A DNA stretch of 63,127 bases, filler included, from Reclinomonas americana ATCC 50394 (lineage: Eukaryota), in assembly GCA_048213135.1 (NCBI GenBank). It is 4 parts of one record of this genome, joined end to end, with 100 filler letters (N's around TTAATTAATTAA, not from the genome) between each part and the next. Parts side by side here need not be neighbours in the genome. Positions count along the whole stretch, not along the records: positions 1 to 26,153 come from PS015323.1; 3 more parts are not named here. One strand, given 5' to 3'. Both the position numbers and the translations under genes were made by a program. Positions 1 through 11,994 of the stretch are shown here, piece after piece. Under the pieces are notes generated by a model that was not told where the DNA came from, did not search any database, and saw nothing but the letters and a program-made list of their open reading frames with translations. Positions within the stretch are counted from its first letter, which is position 1, and each line of letters opens with the position of its first letter.

Positions 1-4
1 TTCT

Positions 5-82
<78 letters not shown>

Positions 83-196
83 GTGTATGTACGTCTCTTT
101 GTCCATGTCTTATTGATCGCGCGTAACATCTTTGCCTGTCTTGACTTCCCACTCTTCCGCCGCCTCCCCCCCCCCCCCCCCCTTCCCCACCGTCAG

Positions 197-1134
197 ACCT
201 ACATTCTCGTGGACCGCGACTACGTGTCCTTTTCGTTGAATCGCTTCTTTGGCCCCTCGGACGACGCGCTGGTGATATTCGGAGCCAACGACAGCACCAG
301 CATTCGCGACAAGCACGAATGGTGAGCGTCGATGTATGTCTCTCTCTCTCTCTCCCTTTTGCCATGATGTTTCTTTTGCTGTGCAAGAGGGGAAAGAGAG
401 GGAAAGGAGAAGGGGAAGGACAGGCGAAGGAGAGGGAAGGGAGCGCGCCCTTCTCACTCCCTTGCCCCCACAATCACAGGTGGCGGTTAATCTCCTCGCT
501 GGCACTGCACTCGGGCGTCATCCACTACGGAGTGAACATTGCGCTGCAGCTCAAGATCGGCTTTGAGGTCTTCCCCTTTACCCTCTCCCCCCATTCTCCT
601 CCCCACTCACCCACCCACCCTCTCCTCTTTGCACAGATGGAGCGCCTGTGGGGCTGGTGGCGCGTGGCGATTGTCTACTTCCTCGCCGGCATTGTCGGCA
701 ACGCCTCCTCCAAATTCTGGCTGCCCAGCATGCTCAGTGTGGGTGCCACCGTCGGCCTGGCCGGGCTGGTGGGCGCCTCGATCGGCGAGCAAATCGTCAA
801 CTCGGGCCACTTTGACGGCGCCTGCGTGTCGGTGTTTCCCCTAATCATCGAGGTGCTGGTGGTGCTGGCCGCCGGTTTCATGCGCAACATGGACAATTTC
901 GGCAACGTGGCCGCCATGCTGTGCGGCGTGTTTGCCGGCCTGTGGCTCGCCCCGTCGCTCGGCGCCAAGGGCGCGGCGAAGCACGTGGGGTGTGGCGGGG
1001 TGCGACCGATTCGCTACGTCGGCATGGTGCTGTCGCTGAGCATGCTCGTGATTGGCGTGCTGCTGGTGCTGTTGATGCCGGATTTCGACTGCAGTTGGTG
1101 CTTGGTGGTGAATTACAAGGTGCTGGTGACGTGA
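197..1134 (+). CDS. Rhomboid-family membrane protein, probably catalytically inactive (5' partial; exons 197-322, 480-567, 637-1134)
   Basis: FFGPS...GA, EWWR, HSGVIHY..N, ERLWGWWR, SVGA, DNF and CSWC motifs join in frame across two GT-AG introns. Confidence 0.85.
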
Positions 1135-2031
1135 GACAGAGAAGGAGTGAAGGGAAGGGTGAGAGAAGGGGAAGGGTGAGAATGTACAGTTTTGTGTTTG
1201 CACGGCTTCGAGATTGAGCAGCGATATCAGAAGACGGATATCATTGACAGCTGGTGAGTGTTGGTGGATTCCAAGGAGCAGATGACGCGGAGACTGAGCT
1301 CTCCCTGTTACATTGGAGCTGATGCAAGCTGCATTCACAGGGTTGTACATGTGTGTTGATCATGAGTTTCCTCACGATCGATATATATCGAGGAATTCGT
1401 AGAGAATGATTTGCAGTCATCAACAGTTGAACGTATCCTCTCTTGACACCAATCAGCGGTCTGTACTTGCATCAACTCTGCACCTGAAAAGCGCACAACA
1501 CACTTGCAAGCGCAATCACCAAATATCGCAAATACAGTTTGACTGCATTTCGGAGAAATTCGCTCCGAAGCATTCCGCAAGTCACACACGAGCGAGACAA
1601 CAAGGTGTGCGAGAGAGAGAGAGTGTGTGTGTGTGTGTGTGTCTATGTGCAACATGTGCGCTTGTGTGTGTGGTGTGTGTGTGTCTCTCTCTCTGTGAGC
1701 GTTTGTCAGAGTTCAGAAGTTGAACGCCTTCACTCACACACACACACACACTCTCTGCCTCTTTGCGTGTGAGAGAAAGAGAGAGAGAGAGTAAGAAAGA
1801 GTTCTTCAACTGTGTGCCTCTCTCTCTGAGAGACTCTGAAAGTACTCGAAATCATGCACACTTTGTCTCTCTGTGAGTGTGCGCGATTCCCTTGCGTGTG
1901 TTTGTGTGTATGTGTGTGTGAGAGAGAGTGTGTGTGCTGTTCATCTGTGCTCATGTGTCTCCCTGTGAGTCACTCAATGCACTCGAAATCATGCGCACTC
2001 TGTCTCTCTGTGAGTGTACGCGAGTGCGTAT

Positions 2032-2072
<41 letters not shown>

Positions 2073-2829
2073 GTGCTGCATCTGCCTCTCTGTGCGAGTC
2101 TGTCAATATCTCGAACACACACACACACTCTTGAGTCCTTGTCCCCCTTCTCCCTTCTCCCTTCCCCTTCTCCCTTCCCTCTCTCACACCCCTCTCTNNN
2201 NNNNNNNNNNNNNNNNNNNNNNNNNNNNNNNNNNNNNNNNNNNNNNNNNNNNNNNNNNNNNNNNNNNNNNNNNNNNNNNNNNNNNNNNNNNNNNNNNNNN
2301 NNNNNNNNNNNNNNNNNNNNNNNNNNNNNNNNNNNNNNNNNNNNNNNNNNNNNNNNNNNNNNNNNNNNNNNNNNNNNNNNNNNNNNNNNNNNNNNNNNNN
2401 NNNNNNNNNNNNNNNNNNNNNNNNNNNNNNNNNNNNNNNNNNNNNNNNNNNNNNNNNNNNNNNNNNNNNNNNNNNNNNNNNNNNNNNNNNNNNNNNNNNN
2501 NNNNNNNNNNNNNNNNNNNNNNNNNNNNNNNNNNNNNNNNNNNNNNNNNNNNNNNNNNNNNNNNNNNNNNNNNNNNNNNNNNNNNNNNNNNNNNNNNNNN
2601 NNNNNNNNNNNNNNNNNNNNNNNNNNNNNNNNNNNNNNNNNNNNNNNNNNNNNNNNNNNNNNNNNNNNNNNNNNNNNNNNNNNNNNNNNNNNNNNNNNNN
2701 NNNNNNNNNNNNNNNNNNNNNGTCGTCGTCGTCGTACGTACGTACGTACTACTACTACTACACACACACACACACTCTCTCTCTCTCCTCCTCCTCCTCC
2801 TCCTCCTCCTCCTCCTCCTCCTCCTCCTC

Positions 2830-2891
<62 letters not shown>

Positions 2892-2913
2892 CCCCCCCCC
2901 CCCCCCGCCCAGT

Positions 2914-4137
2914 ATGAACGCCGCCCCCGGCCAATACGACCGCTTCGAACCCGGCAAAGCGCCTTACCCCTCTGCCGAGCGCTCTCTGTGGGGTCTCGGC
3001 GGCCTCACCCTCGCCGGCGGCCTCCTCCTCGTGCTGGCCGCCCTCATCGCCCTCATCGCCCTCATTCTGGGCGCAGTGGCCGTCGCACGCACGCGCTCCT
3101 CGGCCCCCGAGGCCATCCTCTTCCCCGCGACCTACCCGCTCGCCATCACCGGCCTGATCAGTGAGAACTCGTCGTTTGATCCCATTGCGCAAAAGTTCGC
3201 TCTCGGCTCCATCTACTCGGGCTCCGTCTATGCCGTCGACCCCGTGGCGGCCTCGTTCACGGCCCTGGGCACGTCGATGGGCGGCACGGGCACGGCGGGG
3301 GCGAGCATTTGGGTGCCGAGTCAGTGGGTGACCACGCCGGCGATTGGGACGCTCGGTGTGCTGGTCGACACCAGTGGCGAGCGCTATCACATGTGGTTGT
3401 GCCGGTCGACGTTCCCGCCGTCGGCTCAGGGCGGTGCGACGCGCGTCGACATGCGTAACATGGCGCAGACGCACGTGAACTTTGCGGGAGTGCCGTCGCC
3501 GGCGCCGGTGATGCTGATCAATGATGTGACGGTGGATCCGGCCACGGGCATGGCGTACTTTACCGACACGATTGGCGGTCGCATCCTGAGCATGACCGGC
3601 GACGCCAGTGCCAGCTCGTTGCAGGTGGTGATCACCAGCCCGCTGCTGGCGCCCTCGTCGGCCGACAGCCTCGGCGCCGATGGCGTGGCGTTTTACCGCA
3701 GCTCGGTCAACACCGGCGCCTACCTCATTGTGTCGCAGTACGGCTCCACGTCGGCCACTGGCACCCCCTCCACCCTCTACCGCATCACACTGACGACGCC
3801 GACTCCGCAAATCGCGGCGATTTCGCTGCCGAATGGGACGGTGATTCGCGGCGCCGATCAAGTGCGCTTCCTCAACCCGTCCTCGCCCGGCCTCCTCTAC
3901 ATCACCAGCTCGGTGTATGGGCCCGGCCTGCCCAACGTGTACATTCTGCAGAGCAGCAACGACTGGGTGTCGGCGACGGTGGTCGACACGTGGTGTGCGC
4001 CGTCGTCGTGCCTCAACCCCACGCCGTCGTCCATGTATGTGCCGGGTGCCGGCATTCTCTACGTGGTGTGCACGAATGGGTTCTCCGCGGCCGTCGGTAC
4101 GTCGATGGTGCGGTTGGATTCGTCGAATCATTGCTGA
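2914..4137 (+). CDS. Type II membrane-anchored beta-propeller (SMP-30/gluconolactonase/phosphotriesterase-like), intronless
   Basis: Long GC3-rich ORF with N-terminal hydrophobic helix; INDVTVDPATGMAYFTD and GADGVAF blade motifs. Confidence 0.7.
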   Translation: MNAAPGQYDRFEPGKAPYPSAERSLWGLGGLTLAGGLLLVLAALIALIALILGAVAVARTRSSAPEAILFPATYPLAITGLISENSSFDPIAQKFALGSIYSGSVYAVDPVAASFTALGTSMGGTGTAGASIWVPSQWVTTPAIGTLGVLVDTSGERYHMWLCRSTFPPSAQGGATRVDMRNMAQTHVNFAGVPSPAPVMLINDVTVDPATGMAYFTDTIGGRILSMTGDASASSLQVVITSPLLAPSSADSLGADGVAFYRSSVNTGAYLIVSQYGSTSATGTPSTLYRITLTTPTPQIAAISLPNGTVIRGADQVRFLNPSSPGLLYITSSVYGPGLPNVYILQSSNDWVSATVVDTWCAPSSCLNPTPSSMYVPGAGILYVVCTNGFSAAVGTSMVRLDSSNHC

Positions 4138-4711
4138 GAGAGAGAGAGATAGGGGAAGGGGGGAGAAGGGGGGAAGGGAGAGAGAGGAGAAGGGAGAGGA
4201 GAAGGGGGAAGGGAGAGGAGAAGGGGGAGGGGGAAGGGAGAGAGAGGTGAAAATATGTGCAATGTAGTTTGTGAATGACAAGTGTGAGCTTTTGGCTTGG
4301 CTTTCTGAAGGGAGATGACTGTTGGAGAATAGACAGTCTTTAGAAGGGGTCACGAACGTCACTGTCAGGCAAGCAGCAGACCTTTGTCGCTTTCTGGCGC
4401 TCACTCGAGATGGTGTCCATCAAGCTGCTGTAGTTACTGGCTTCGCACACCCCCTTTGATTCCAACTTTTATCGTTTTGGTCCGTTGCCATTTGCTCTTA
4501 CCCTCTCTGCAGGAGCCCTCAAGTGGTATGACTGGGGAGGGGGGAGAACGGAAGCAGGGTAATGGGGGAGAGAGACACTCGTGACAGTGTGTTGTACTGT
4601 AGCGAGACATTTTGACGCTCTCACGCCGTGAGTTTGGTAATGTCTCAGGGACTGGTGTTCACTCGAGAAGGTGATCATGGTGCTGCTGTGTCAACGTCGT
4701 CGTCGTCGTCG

Positions 4712-4714
4712 TCG

Positions 4715-4776
<62 letters not shown>

Positions 4777-4791
4777 GCTGTTGTTGTTGTT

Positions 4792-4869
<78 letters not shown>

Positions 4870-4870
4870 G
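4712..4870. repeat. (GTT/AAC)n trinucleotide microsatellite, possibly coding poly-N/Q on the minus strand
   Basis: Near-perfect run of about 50 GTT units. Confidence 0.9.
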
Positions 4871-5615
4871 CCGTTGCGCGCGGTGGTGGTCGTGGAGGGG
4901 GAGGAGGAGGAGGAGCAGGAGGAGGACGAGGACGAGGAAGAGGAGGAGAAGGAGTTGGTCAACCTCTCGACTCTGCGATGCTGACGACGTTACCGCCATG
5001 ACGAATTGCGTCTGCGCAGCTTGCAGCCGGATGCTCACTTTGCATTTACTCACTCGCGCGTGTGTGAGGGCCAAGAGCCAAGGGTCAACACAGAAGCCGT
5101 TGGTTAGGGTGCAACGGCTGGTCTGACGCAGATTTTTGCGTGCAAAACGTCGCCCGCTCAGCGTACCTGACCGCCAATCAACGCACTGAGAACTCGGAGG
5201 TGGTCGAGGAGTCGTACCGGATCTTCATCACTGCGAGGTATAGTGTGCATGATGCTGTTTCGAAGCGTTGGTTGCTATAATTACTGAGACGTTGCATTTA
5301 ATTGAAGGTGCCGCACAAGTCGCGACGCGAAGCAGCACTCGAGCTCATGTCACCACCACGGAAGTGCCAACCAGGTGGCTTGCTCTCGTAAGGGAGGAAG
5401 CCTACAGAAGCAAGGAACTGAAGGAGAGGACACTACTGTTATGGATTGTCCTCGACTTCGTGTTTCGCAGCTCAACACTTCCATCAAGTATTCTGGGACG
5501 GGAGAGGCTAATGACTGGTGCTACGACCCACCATGGTCATCTATTAGCCAGTGCATGTCCTCTTCTTATGGGGAGGAGACAAGATGCCCCCGTCTTATTG
5601 GTGACTGGTCGTTCA

Positions 5616-6353
5616 CTAGAGGAAACCACCGAAATGGATATTGAAATTCGGCAGATTTGCGTGCGCCATCGAATCAGCAAACTCTTGCCTTGCACGCTCT
5701 AGGAGTTGTCGCAGATCCTCGTTGAGCACATTCTCAGCGTTGTCGCGGGAAGGGTGTTTTGGATTGTGCCGGTCCTGACCGAAATGCTTGGCAAATGCGG
5801 TGGTAAAGTGCTGGCAGTTGCGGCTGATGAGTGAGTACTGGCCGTCGGCCTCCCATTTTTTGATGAAGTCCTTGACATCCGACAGCGACACGCGGTGGGT
5901 GTGAAATCTCTCGTTGACGTCCATGCGGGCAGCGTACTTCCAGTCGCCTCCACCACGCCATACCGTGTCTTTGATGTGCTGGCCGGCATCGTCGACCGAC
6001 CCGTGCCAGTGATAATGCACTGTGGAGTTCTGCTCGCCGTCTCATTCTGTGAGACTCTCGATGATTTCACGATGTGGTGCAAGTGTGAATTCGAACGCAA
6101 CATCCATGAACTCCACCGATAAGAACTTGTTGTCAGGCCGGCGAAGAATGAGGCCCTCGTGCTGGAGGGCGAGGTTCCTTCCGAGTGAGCCGCTCACACC
6201 GCGCACGAAATTGACTTGGACAATGTCAATCTCGTAGAAAACAATGTGTTCGTCGGGGTGCACGTGGGCGGTCACCGAATGCACGGTGGCTGCGATCACG
6301 ACGAAGGTGGTGAGAAGAAGGAGCACAAGGGGGAGAGATCGAGTGGAGAGCAT
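5616..6353 (-). CDS. Signal-peptide-bearing PPPDE/permuted papain-fold peptidase-like protein (predicted intron 6101-6030)
   Basis: MLSTRSLPLVLLLL signal; QHEGLIL (His) and YSLISRNCQHF (Cys) motifs; two ORFs fuse through a 72-nt GTTGCGT..CAG intron. Confidence 0.65.
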
Positions 6354-7244
6354 GTTTCCTTGGCTCGCAGCACGAATAGAAAATGACAGGGGTGCCAGGA
6401 TTAGACTTGTCGTGGCACATTCGCAAATGATTTCGGGCAAAACACACCGAACACGAATGAAACGCACCTGGTTGACACGCGTACGTGTATCTGTGCAATA
6501 TACGATGGCGGACAGTCCATCGGGAACATCAAGTGCCGTGCCCTTCCATTGCAGTGGAAAAGACGGATCCGGCTGGAGAGCAGCGATCTCGCGGTATCGA
6601 TCGCGATCGCGCGCACGATCGGAAGGACAACATGATTCTTGTGGCCGTATCGGTTCGTTTCTGCTGGCTTCTGCTGCTCTTCAGAGAGCAAACCACCTGG
6701 TCAGTAATCTGCTGTCGTGGTTGTGTGGGGAAGCAGCAGCAGCAGCGAGCGAGGTCAGTGATCGATTTTTCGGAGACGAATTCGAATTCGAACACGAGCG
6801 TACACAAGGCCTTGCTGCAGCTGACTCGGTGCATGCGTTGGCGGTTTAACATGCAGACGTACTTTGCCATCACTCTGTCGGCTACCTGAGTTGTGTGATT
6901 TCTCCGACGTCGAGCGTGTCCTCTGCAGGACAATCAGTGATTCGTCTCTCTCCAGTGCGCGCCTTGCAGCCAGTGTGTGTGTGCAAGAGAGTGAGAGTGT
7001 GTGTTTGTGTGTGTGAGACAGAGCAAACGGTGAAGAAAACGCGAGAAAAATGCATGAAGAATGGAAGTCTCTGGCGGGTGGAGAGCTGTGTGGATCACTG
7101 ACAGTTGCGCATGTGTGTGAGAGAGAGATGAAGAGTGTGTGTGCAAGAGAGTGTGCGAAAGAGTGTGTGTGTGAGAAGTTGAGCATGTACATGGCCTCGT
7201 TTTTTTCGCAACTTCTCACTCGTGTGCGAAAAATAGGCGGAACA

Positions 7245-8639
7245 ATGGGGCGAGTCTGTGTTTGCCGAGTGCACGGCGCCAGTCAACATTGCTGTCATCA
7301 AGTGAGTGGTGAAAATGAGGGAAGATGCGATGAGATGAGAGAGAGAGGCAGAAGGGAGAGGGAGGAAGAGAGAGAGATGAGAGAAGGAGAGATGAGAGAG
7401 AGAGAGAGAGAGAGAGAGCAGATGTGAGAGGCAAGGCATCTGTGCATCGAGAGATGCCTGCTGTACGGCCAAGGCGGATGTACGGTACAGCAGCTCTCTC
7501 TTTCACTGCACGCGTAGTAACACTCTCTCGTTGTGGCAGATACAATGGCTCGCCGCCNNNNNNNNNNNNNNNNNNNNNNNNNNNNNNNNNNNNNNNNNNN
7601 NNNNNNNNNNNNNNNNNNNNNNNNNNNNNNNNNNNNNNNNNNNNNNNNNNNNNNNNNNNNNNNNNNNNNNNNNNNNNNNNNNNNNNNNNNNNNNNNNNNN
7701 NNNNNNNNNNNNNNNNNNNNNNNNNNNNNNNNNNNNNNNNNNNNNNNNNNNNNNNNNNNNNNNNNNNNNNNNNNNNNNNNNNNNNNNNNNNNNNNNNNNN
7801 NNNNNNNNNNNNNNNNNNNNNNNNNNNNNNNNNNNNNNNNNNNNNNNNNNNNNNNNNNNNNNNNNNNNNNNNNNNNNNNNNNNNNNNNNNNNNNNNNNNN
7901 NNNNNNNNNNNNNNNNNNNNNNNNNNNNNNNNNNNNNNNNNNNNNNNNNNNNNNNNNNNNNNNNNNNNNNNNNNNNNNNNNNNNNNNNNNNNNNNNNNNN
8001 NNNNNNNNNNNNNNNNNNNNNNNNNNNNNNNNNNNNNNNNNNNNNNNNNNNNNNNNNNNNNNNNNNNNNNNNNNNNNNNNNNNNNNNNNNNNNNNNNNNN
8101 NNNNNNNNNNNNNNNNNNNNNNNNNNNNNNNNNNNNNNNNNNNNNNNNNNNNNNNNNNNNNNNNNNNNNNNNNNNNNNNNNNNNNNNNNNNNNNNNNNNN
8201 NNNNNNNNNNNNNNNNNNNNNNNNNNNNNNNNNNNNNNNNNNNNNNNNNNNNNNNNNNNNNNNNNNNNNNNNNNNNNNNNNNNNNNNNNNNNNNNNNNNN
8301 NNNNNNNNNNNNNNNNNNNNNNNNNNNNNNNNNNNNNNNNNNNNNNNNNNNNNNNNNNNNNNNNNNNNNNNNNNNNNNNNNNNNNNNNNNNNNNNNNNNN
8401 NNNNNNNNNNNNNNNNNNNNNNNNNNNNNNNNNNNNNNNNNNNNNNNNNNNNNNNNNNNNNNNNNNNNNNNNNNNNNNNNNNNNNNNNNNNNNNNNNNNN
8501 NNNNNNNNNNNNNNNNNNNNNNNNNNNNNNNNNNNTACGTACGTACGTACGTACGTACGTACGTACGTACGTACGTACGTACGTACGTACGTACGTACGT
8601 ACGTACGTACGTACGTCGTACGTCGTCGTACTCTCTCTC

Positions 8640-8721
<82 letters not shown>

Positions 8722-10743
8722 GTGTGTCTTGTTGCGTATGTGAGAGATGCTGTCAGAGTGTGAACGCGTACGCACACATCGAAGCATTCAAACACATGCA
8801 GAGACAGTGCATGTCACTGTCAGTGCATTTTTCCACAGTCTCGCACGCTTCCGTCCCTCATTCTCCTTCTCCTGTTTCTAGGTACTGGGGCAAGCGCGAC
8901 GAAGACCTCATCCTGCCCGTCAACTCCTCGCTGAGCGTGACGCTGGACCAGCGCGATCTGCGCACGCGCACACTGGTGATTGCGTCGCCGCATTTCGAGG
9001 CCGATCGCATGTGGTTGAATGGGATTGAGGTTGGTGGAGAGATTAGGAGCAGCAACCGCACAGTATTCATGAAAGATAGAGACAGGGCGCGCCGTGCACC
9101 ATCAGCACTTGTAACGGTGCAGATAACCGCACATGCTCAGCAGTCGCACAGTGTTCATGCACGATAGATATGCATCACTTTGAGTCAGGACATGCCATGC
9201 ACCATCAGCACTTGTAACGGTGCAGATAACCGCACATCAGCAGTCGCACAGTGTTCATGCACGATAGATGTGCATCACTCTGAGTCAGGACATGCCATGC
9301 ACCATCAGCGCTTGTAGTTGGTGCAGATAACCGCATACGCTCAGCAGTCGCACAGTGTTCATGCACGATGGATAGGCAGCATTCCGAGACACGACACACC
9401 GTTCACCATCAGCACTTGTAGTGGTGCAGACAGCCGCATATCCTCTCGTGCGCACTCCATAGAAGTCATCAGTAGCAGACTCACGCACCCCACTCAAGTT
9501 GTGCTTGATCCCTCATCGCCCTCCTTCCCCTTTTCCACAGGAGAGCATGACCGGCGTGCGCCTGGCCAACTGCATCCGCGAAATCCGCCGCCACGCTCCC
9601 CAGTTCGACTCGTACCGCCTGCATGTGTGGACCGAGAACAACTTCCCGACGGCGGCCGGATTGGCGTCGTCGGCCTCGGGCCTGGCGTGCTTTGGTGTGC
9701 TTACCATCGAGATTACGCAACCACTCTGCTTTCTCTCCTCACCCCCATTATCATGCCAGTGTACACACTCGCACAAGCACTCAACGTGCACGAGCACGTG
9801 GACGGCGAGTTGTCGGCCATTGCACGACAGGGCTCCGGCTCCGCTTGCCGCTCCATGTACGGCGGCTTCGTTGCGTGGGACATGGGCTCGTCGCCCACCG
9901 GTGAGGACTCGAAGGCCCGCCAGGTGCGTCGTGTGCTGGTACAACACTGCCCATCATCGCCTCCTGCTCATCCCGCAAGCTGACAGGTGGCACCCGAGAC
10001 ACACTGGCCCGAGATGCACGCCATTCTGTGCGTCGCGTCGGCGAAGAAGAAGGGAACGGCGTCGACCGATGGCATGCGCACGTCGGTGGAGACCAGCCCG
10101 TTGTTGAGAGTTGCGTGGAAATAGGGGAAGAGAGGGGGAGGGAGGAGAAGGAGGAGAGGGAGAGGGAGAGGGAGAGGGAGAGGGAGAGGGAGAGGGAGAG
10201 GGAGAGGGAGAGGGAGAGGGAGAATGAAGTTGAGATGGAGAGCGAGAGGACAAGAGAGCGAAAGGTGGGGAGAGGTGTGAGAAAGGGAAGCGCGACCAGA
10301 GAGGCAAGCGAGCTTCTCAACTGCCAGTGAAAGAAGCAGGCAGCTCTCTCTCTCACACCACACACGCAATCTTTCTCTCTGTCGCTCGCATATCTCTCTA
10401 ATTCCGCTTCAAGTTCACATTTGTGCACTCTTTCTTTCCTTCTCTGCGTCTTCCTCTCCCACGCCCATATCCAAGCACAGTTGACGACCGTCCAGTTTCC
10501 TGCTCTCTCTTTATCTCTCCTCTTCTCGCTCACCGTCATTCTCCTTCTGTCTGACCATTGATCTACTTTTCACTTCTATTCGGTCAGCAAACCGTCTTGT
10601 TTCTCTCTTTTCTTTCCTCTCTCACTTTTTCTTTGGTTGCAGTCTTTCAGTCCTTCAATTCTTTTCTCACGTGCCTCTCCGTCCCCGAATGGCCTTCTGC
10701 CACTGCAGCCAATAGGCAATCCTTCCTGTTTCTCTCGTTTCTT

Positions 10744-10782
<39 letters not shown>

Positions 10783-11521
10783 GTCTCAGTCGCTCTCTCT
10801 GTCTGTGTCGCGCACCGCTGCCTTTCTTGCAGCCCATTATCCACTGCTGACACGCGACAAGCCGTTCTCTAACTCGCTCTCCTTTCCCTCCTCCCCTTCC
10901 CCCTTTCCCCCCTCACCCTCTCTTTTCCACCTCTCACAGCATCGCTGGGAACACATTGTGCCCGCCCGCATGGAGGAAATGGAGGCGGCCATCGCGGCAC
11001 GCGATTTCCCCAAGTTTGCCGAGCTCACCATGATGGTCTGCACTCCCTACCCTCTCCCTCGCCAATCTCCCCCCTCACACTTTTCGATGCAGGACTCGAA
11101 TCAATTCCACGCCGTGTGCCTCGACACCTACCCGCCCATCTTCTACATGAACGACACGAGCCGACAGATTGTGGCGCTGGTGCACGCCTACAATCGCGCC
11201 GTGGGCGAGACGCGTGTGGCGTACACGTACGATGCCGGCCCCAACGCCGTGCTGTATGTGCTGGAAAAGGACGTGAAGGAGGTGCTCGAGTTGCTGCTGC
11301 ACTTTTTCCCGCCGGACGAGGGCGAGTCGCTGCATGGCTTCTTGCGCGAGTCCACCGGCGCCTACTCGGCCGACGAGTTGCACAAGGAGGCGTTGGACTT
11401 TGCGCTGGCCTCGCGGTTGCCGGCCTCTCTCCTCGCGCAACGCAGTCACGGCGCACTGCAGTACTTGTTGGTGACGCGAGTCGGCCCCGGTCCGCAGACG
11501 CTGCACCAGCAGACGCGGTGA
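7245..11521 (+). CDS. MVD: Diphosphomevalonate decarboxylase (7 exons)
   Basis: [65 protein letters not shown] and [11 protein letters not shown]; first ATG is 1 nt out of frame in a G-run. Confidence 0.97.
9095..9440. repeat. Intronic minisatellite, about 100-bp unit, about 3.5 copies
   Basis: caccatcagcacttgta..gtgcagataaccgca..cagcagtcgcacagtgttcatgcacgat recurs near 9098, 9200, 9300 and 9404. Confidence 0.9.
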
Positions 11522-11619
11522 TGTGGTGAAGAGGGAGAAAGGGGGAAGTGGACAGACAACAGAGATTCAATCATTTAAAAAAACAACTACCTGCCGATCA
11601 TGTTCATTTTTCTTGCGCT

Positions 11620-11937
11620 TCAGTTGCCACTCTTCTTCACCTTCTTCATCTTCCTCGCCGAAGCCGCCGTCCGCCGTGCCTGCCTCCGTTGATCGCGCAA
11701 GCTGGCGGCGAAACGGCGCACCGAGTTGGCGATTTCCTTGACGGTCGGTCGCTTGGTCGGGTCCTTTTCCTGTGGCGAGAGGGAGGGAGTAAGCAGAAGG
11801 GAGGGAGGGAGGGGGAGGGAGACAGTGGTGGCGGCAAAACGAACCCAGGTCTTCACGAGCAGCTCGGCGATGGGCGGTGGGACTAGCGAGAGTGACAGGT
11901 AGTCCGACACGGGGCCGGCGTTCAAGCTGGCGGTGAC
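11620..11937 (-). CDS. 3' end of a probable protein kinase (last two exons)
   Basis: VPPPIAELLVKTW|EKDPTKRPTVKEI resembles kinase subdomain XI; remainder lost in gap. Confidence 0.6.
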   Translation of the reverse strand, partial: VTASLNAGPVSDYLSLSLVPPPIAELLVKTWVRFAATTVSLPLPPSLLLTPSLSPQEKDPTKRPTVKEIANSVRRFAASLRDQRRQARRTAASARKMKKVKKSGN

Positions 11938-11994
11938 CTGAGGCGAGGGAAGGGTGGAAGGGTGGAAATTGAGANNNNNNNNNNNNNNNNNNNN

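Noticed and set aside
5268..5702. 144-aa plus-strand ORF
   Set aside because: Starts at TTG, lacks the GC3 bias of real exons, has no motif and overlaps the 3' end of the PPPDE-like gene
8536..8632. (TACG)n and related runs at gap edges (also about 2722-2760, 19168-19273, 30154-30207, 43216-43339)
   Set aside because: They occur only between microsatellites and N-gaps and match the TACG flow order of pyrosequencing, so they are read-end noise rather than telomeric or CRISPR repeats
9095..9440. Regularly spaced repeats resembling a CRISPR array
   Set aside because: The whole unit repeats with no unique spacers; it is intronic and no cas genes are present
10110..10939. Alternative reading of shifted donors as non-canonical TT-starting introns (G|TTGCGT)
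   Set aside because: It would need a shifted non-AG acceptor and would replace conserved residues (MVD His, CWC27 Thr); GT-AG fits better
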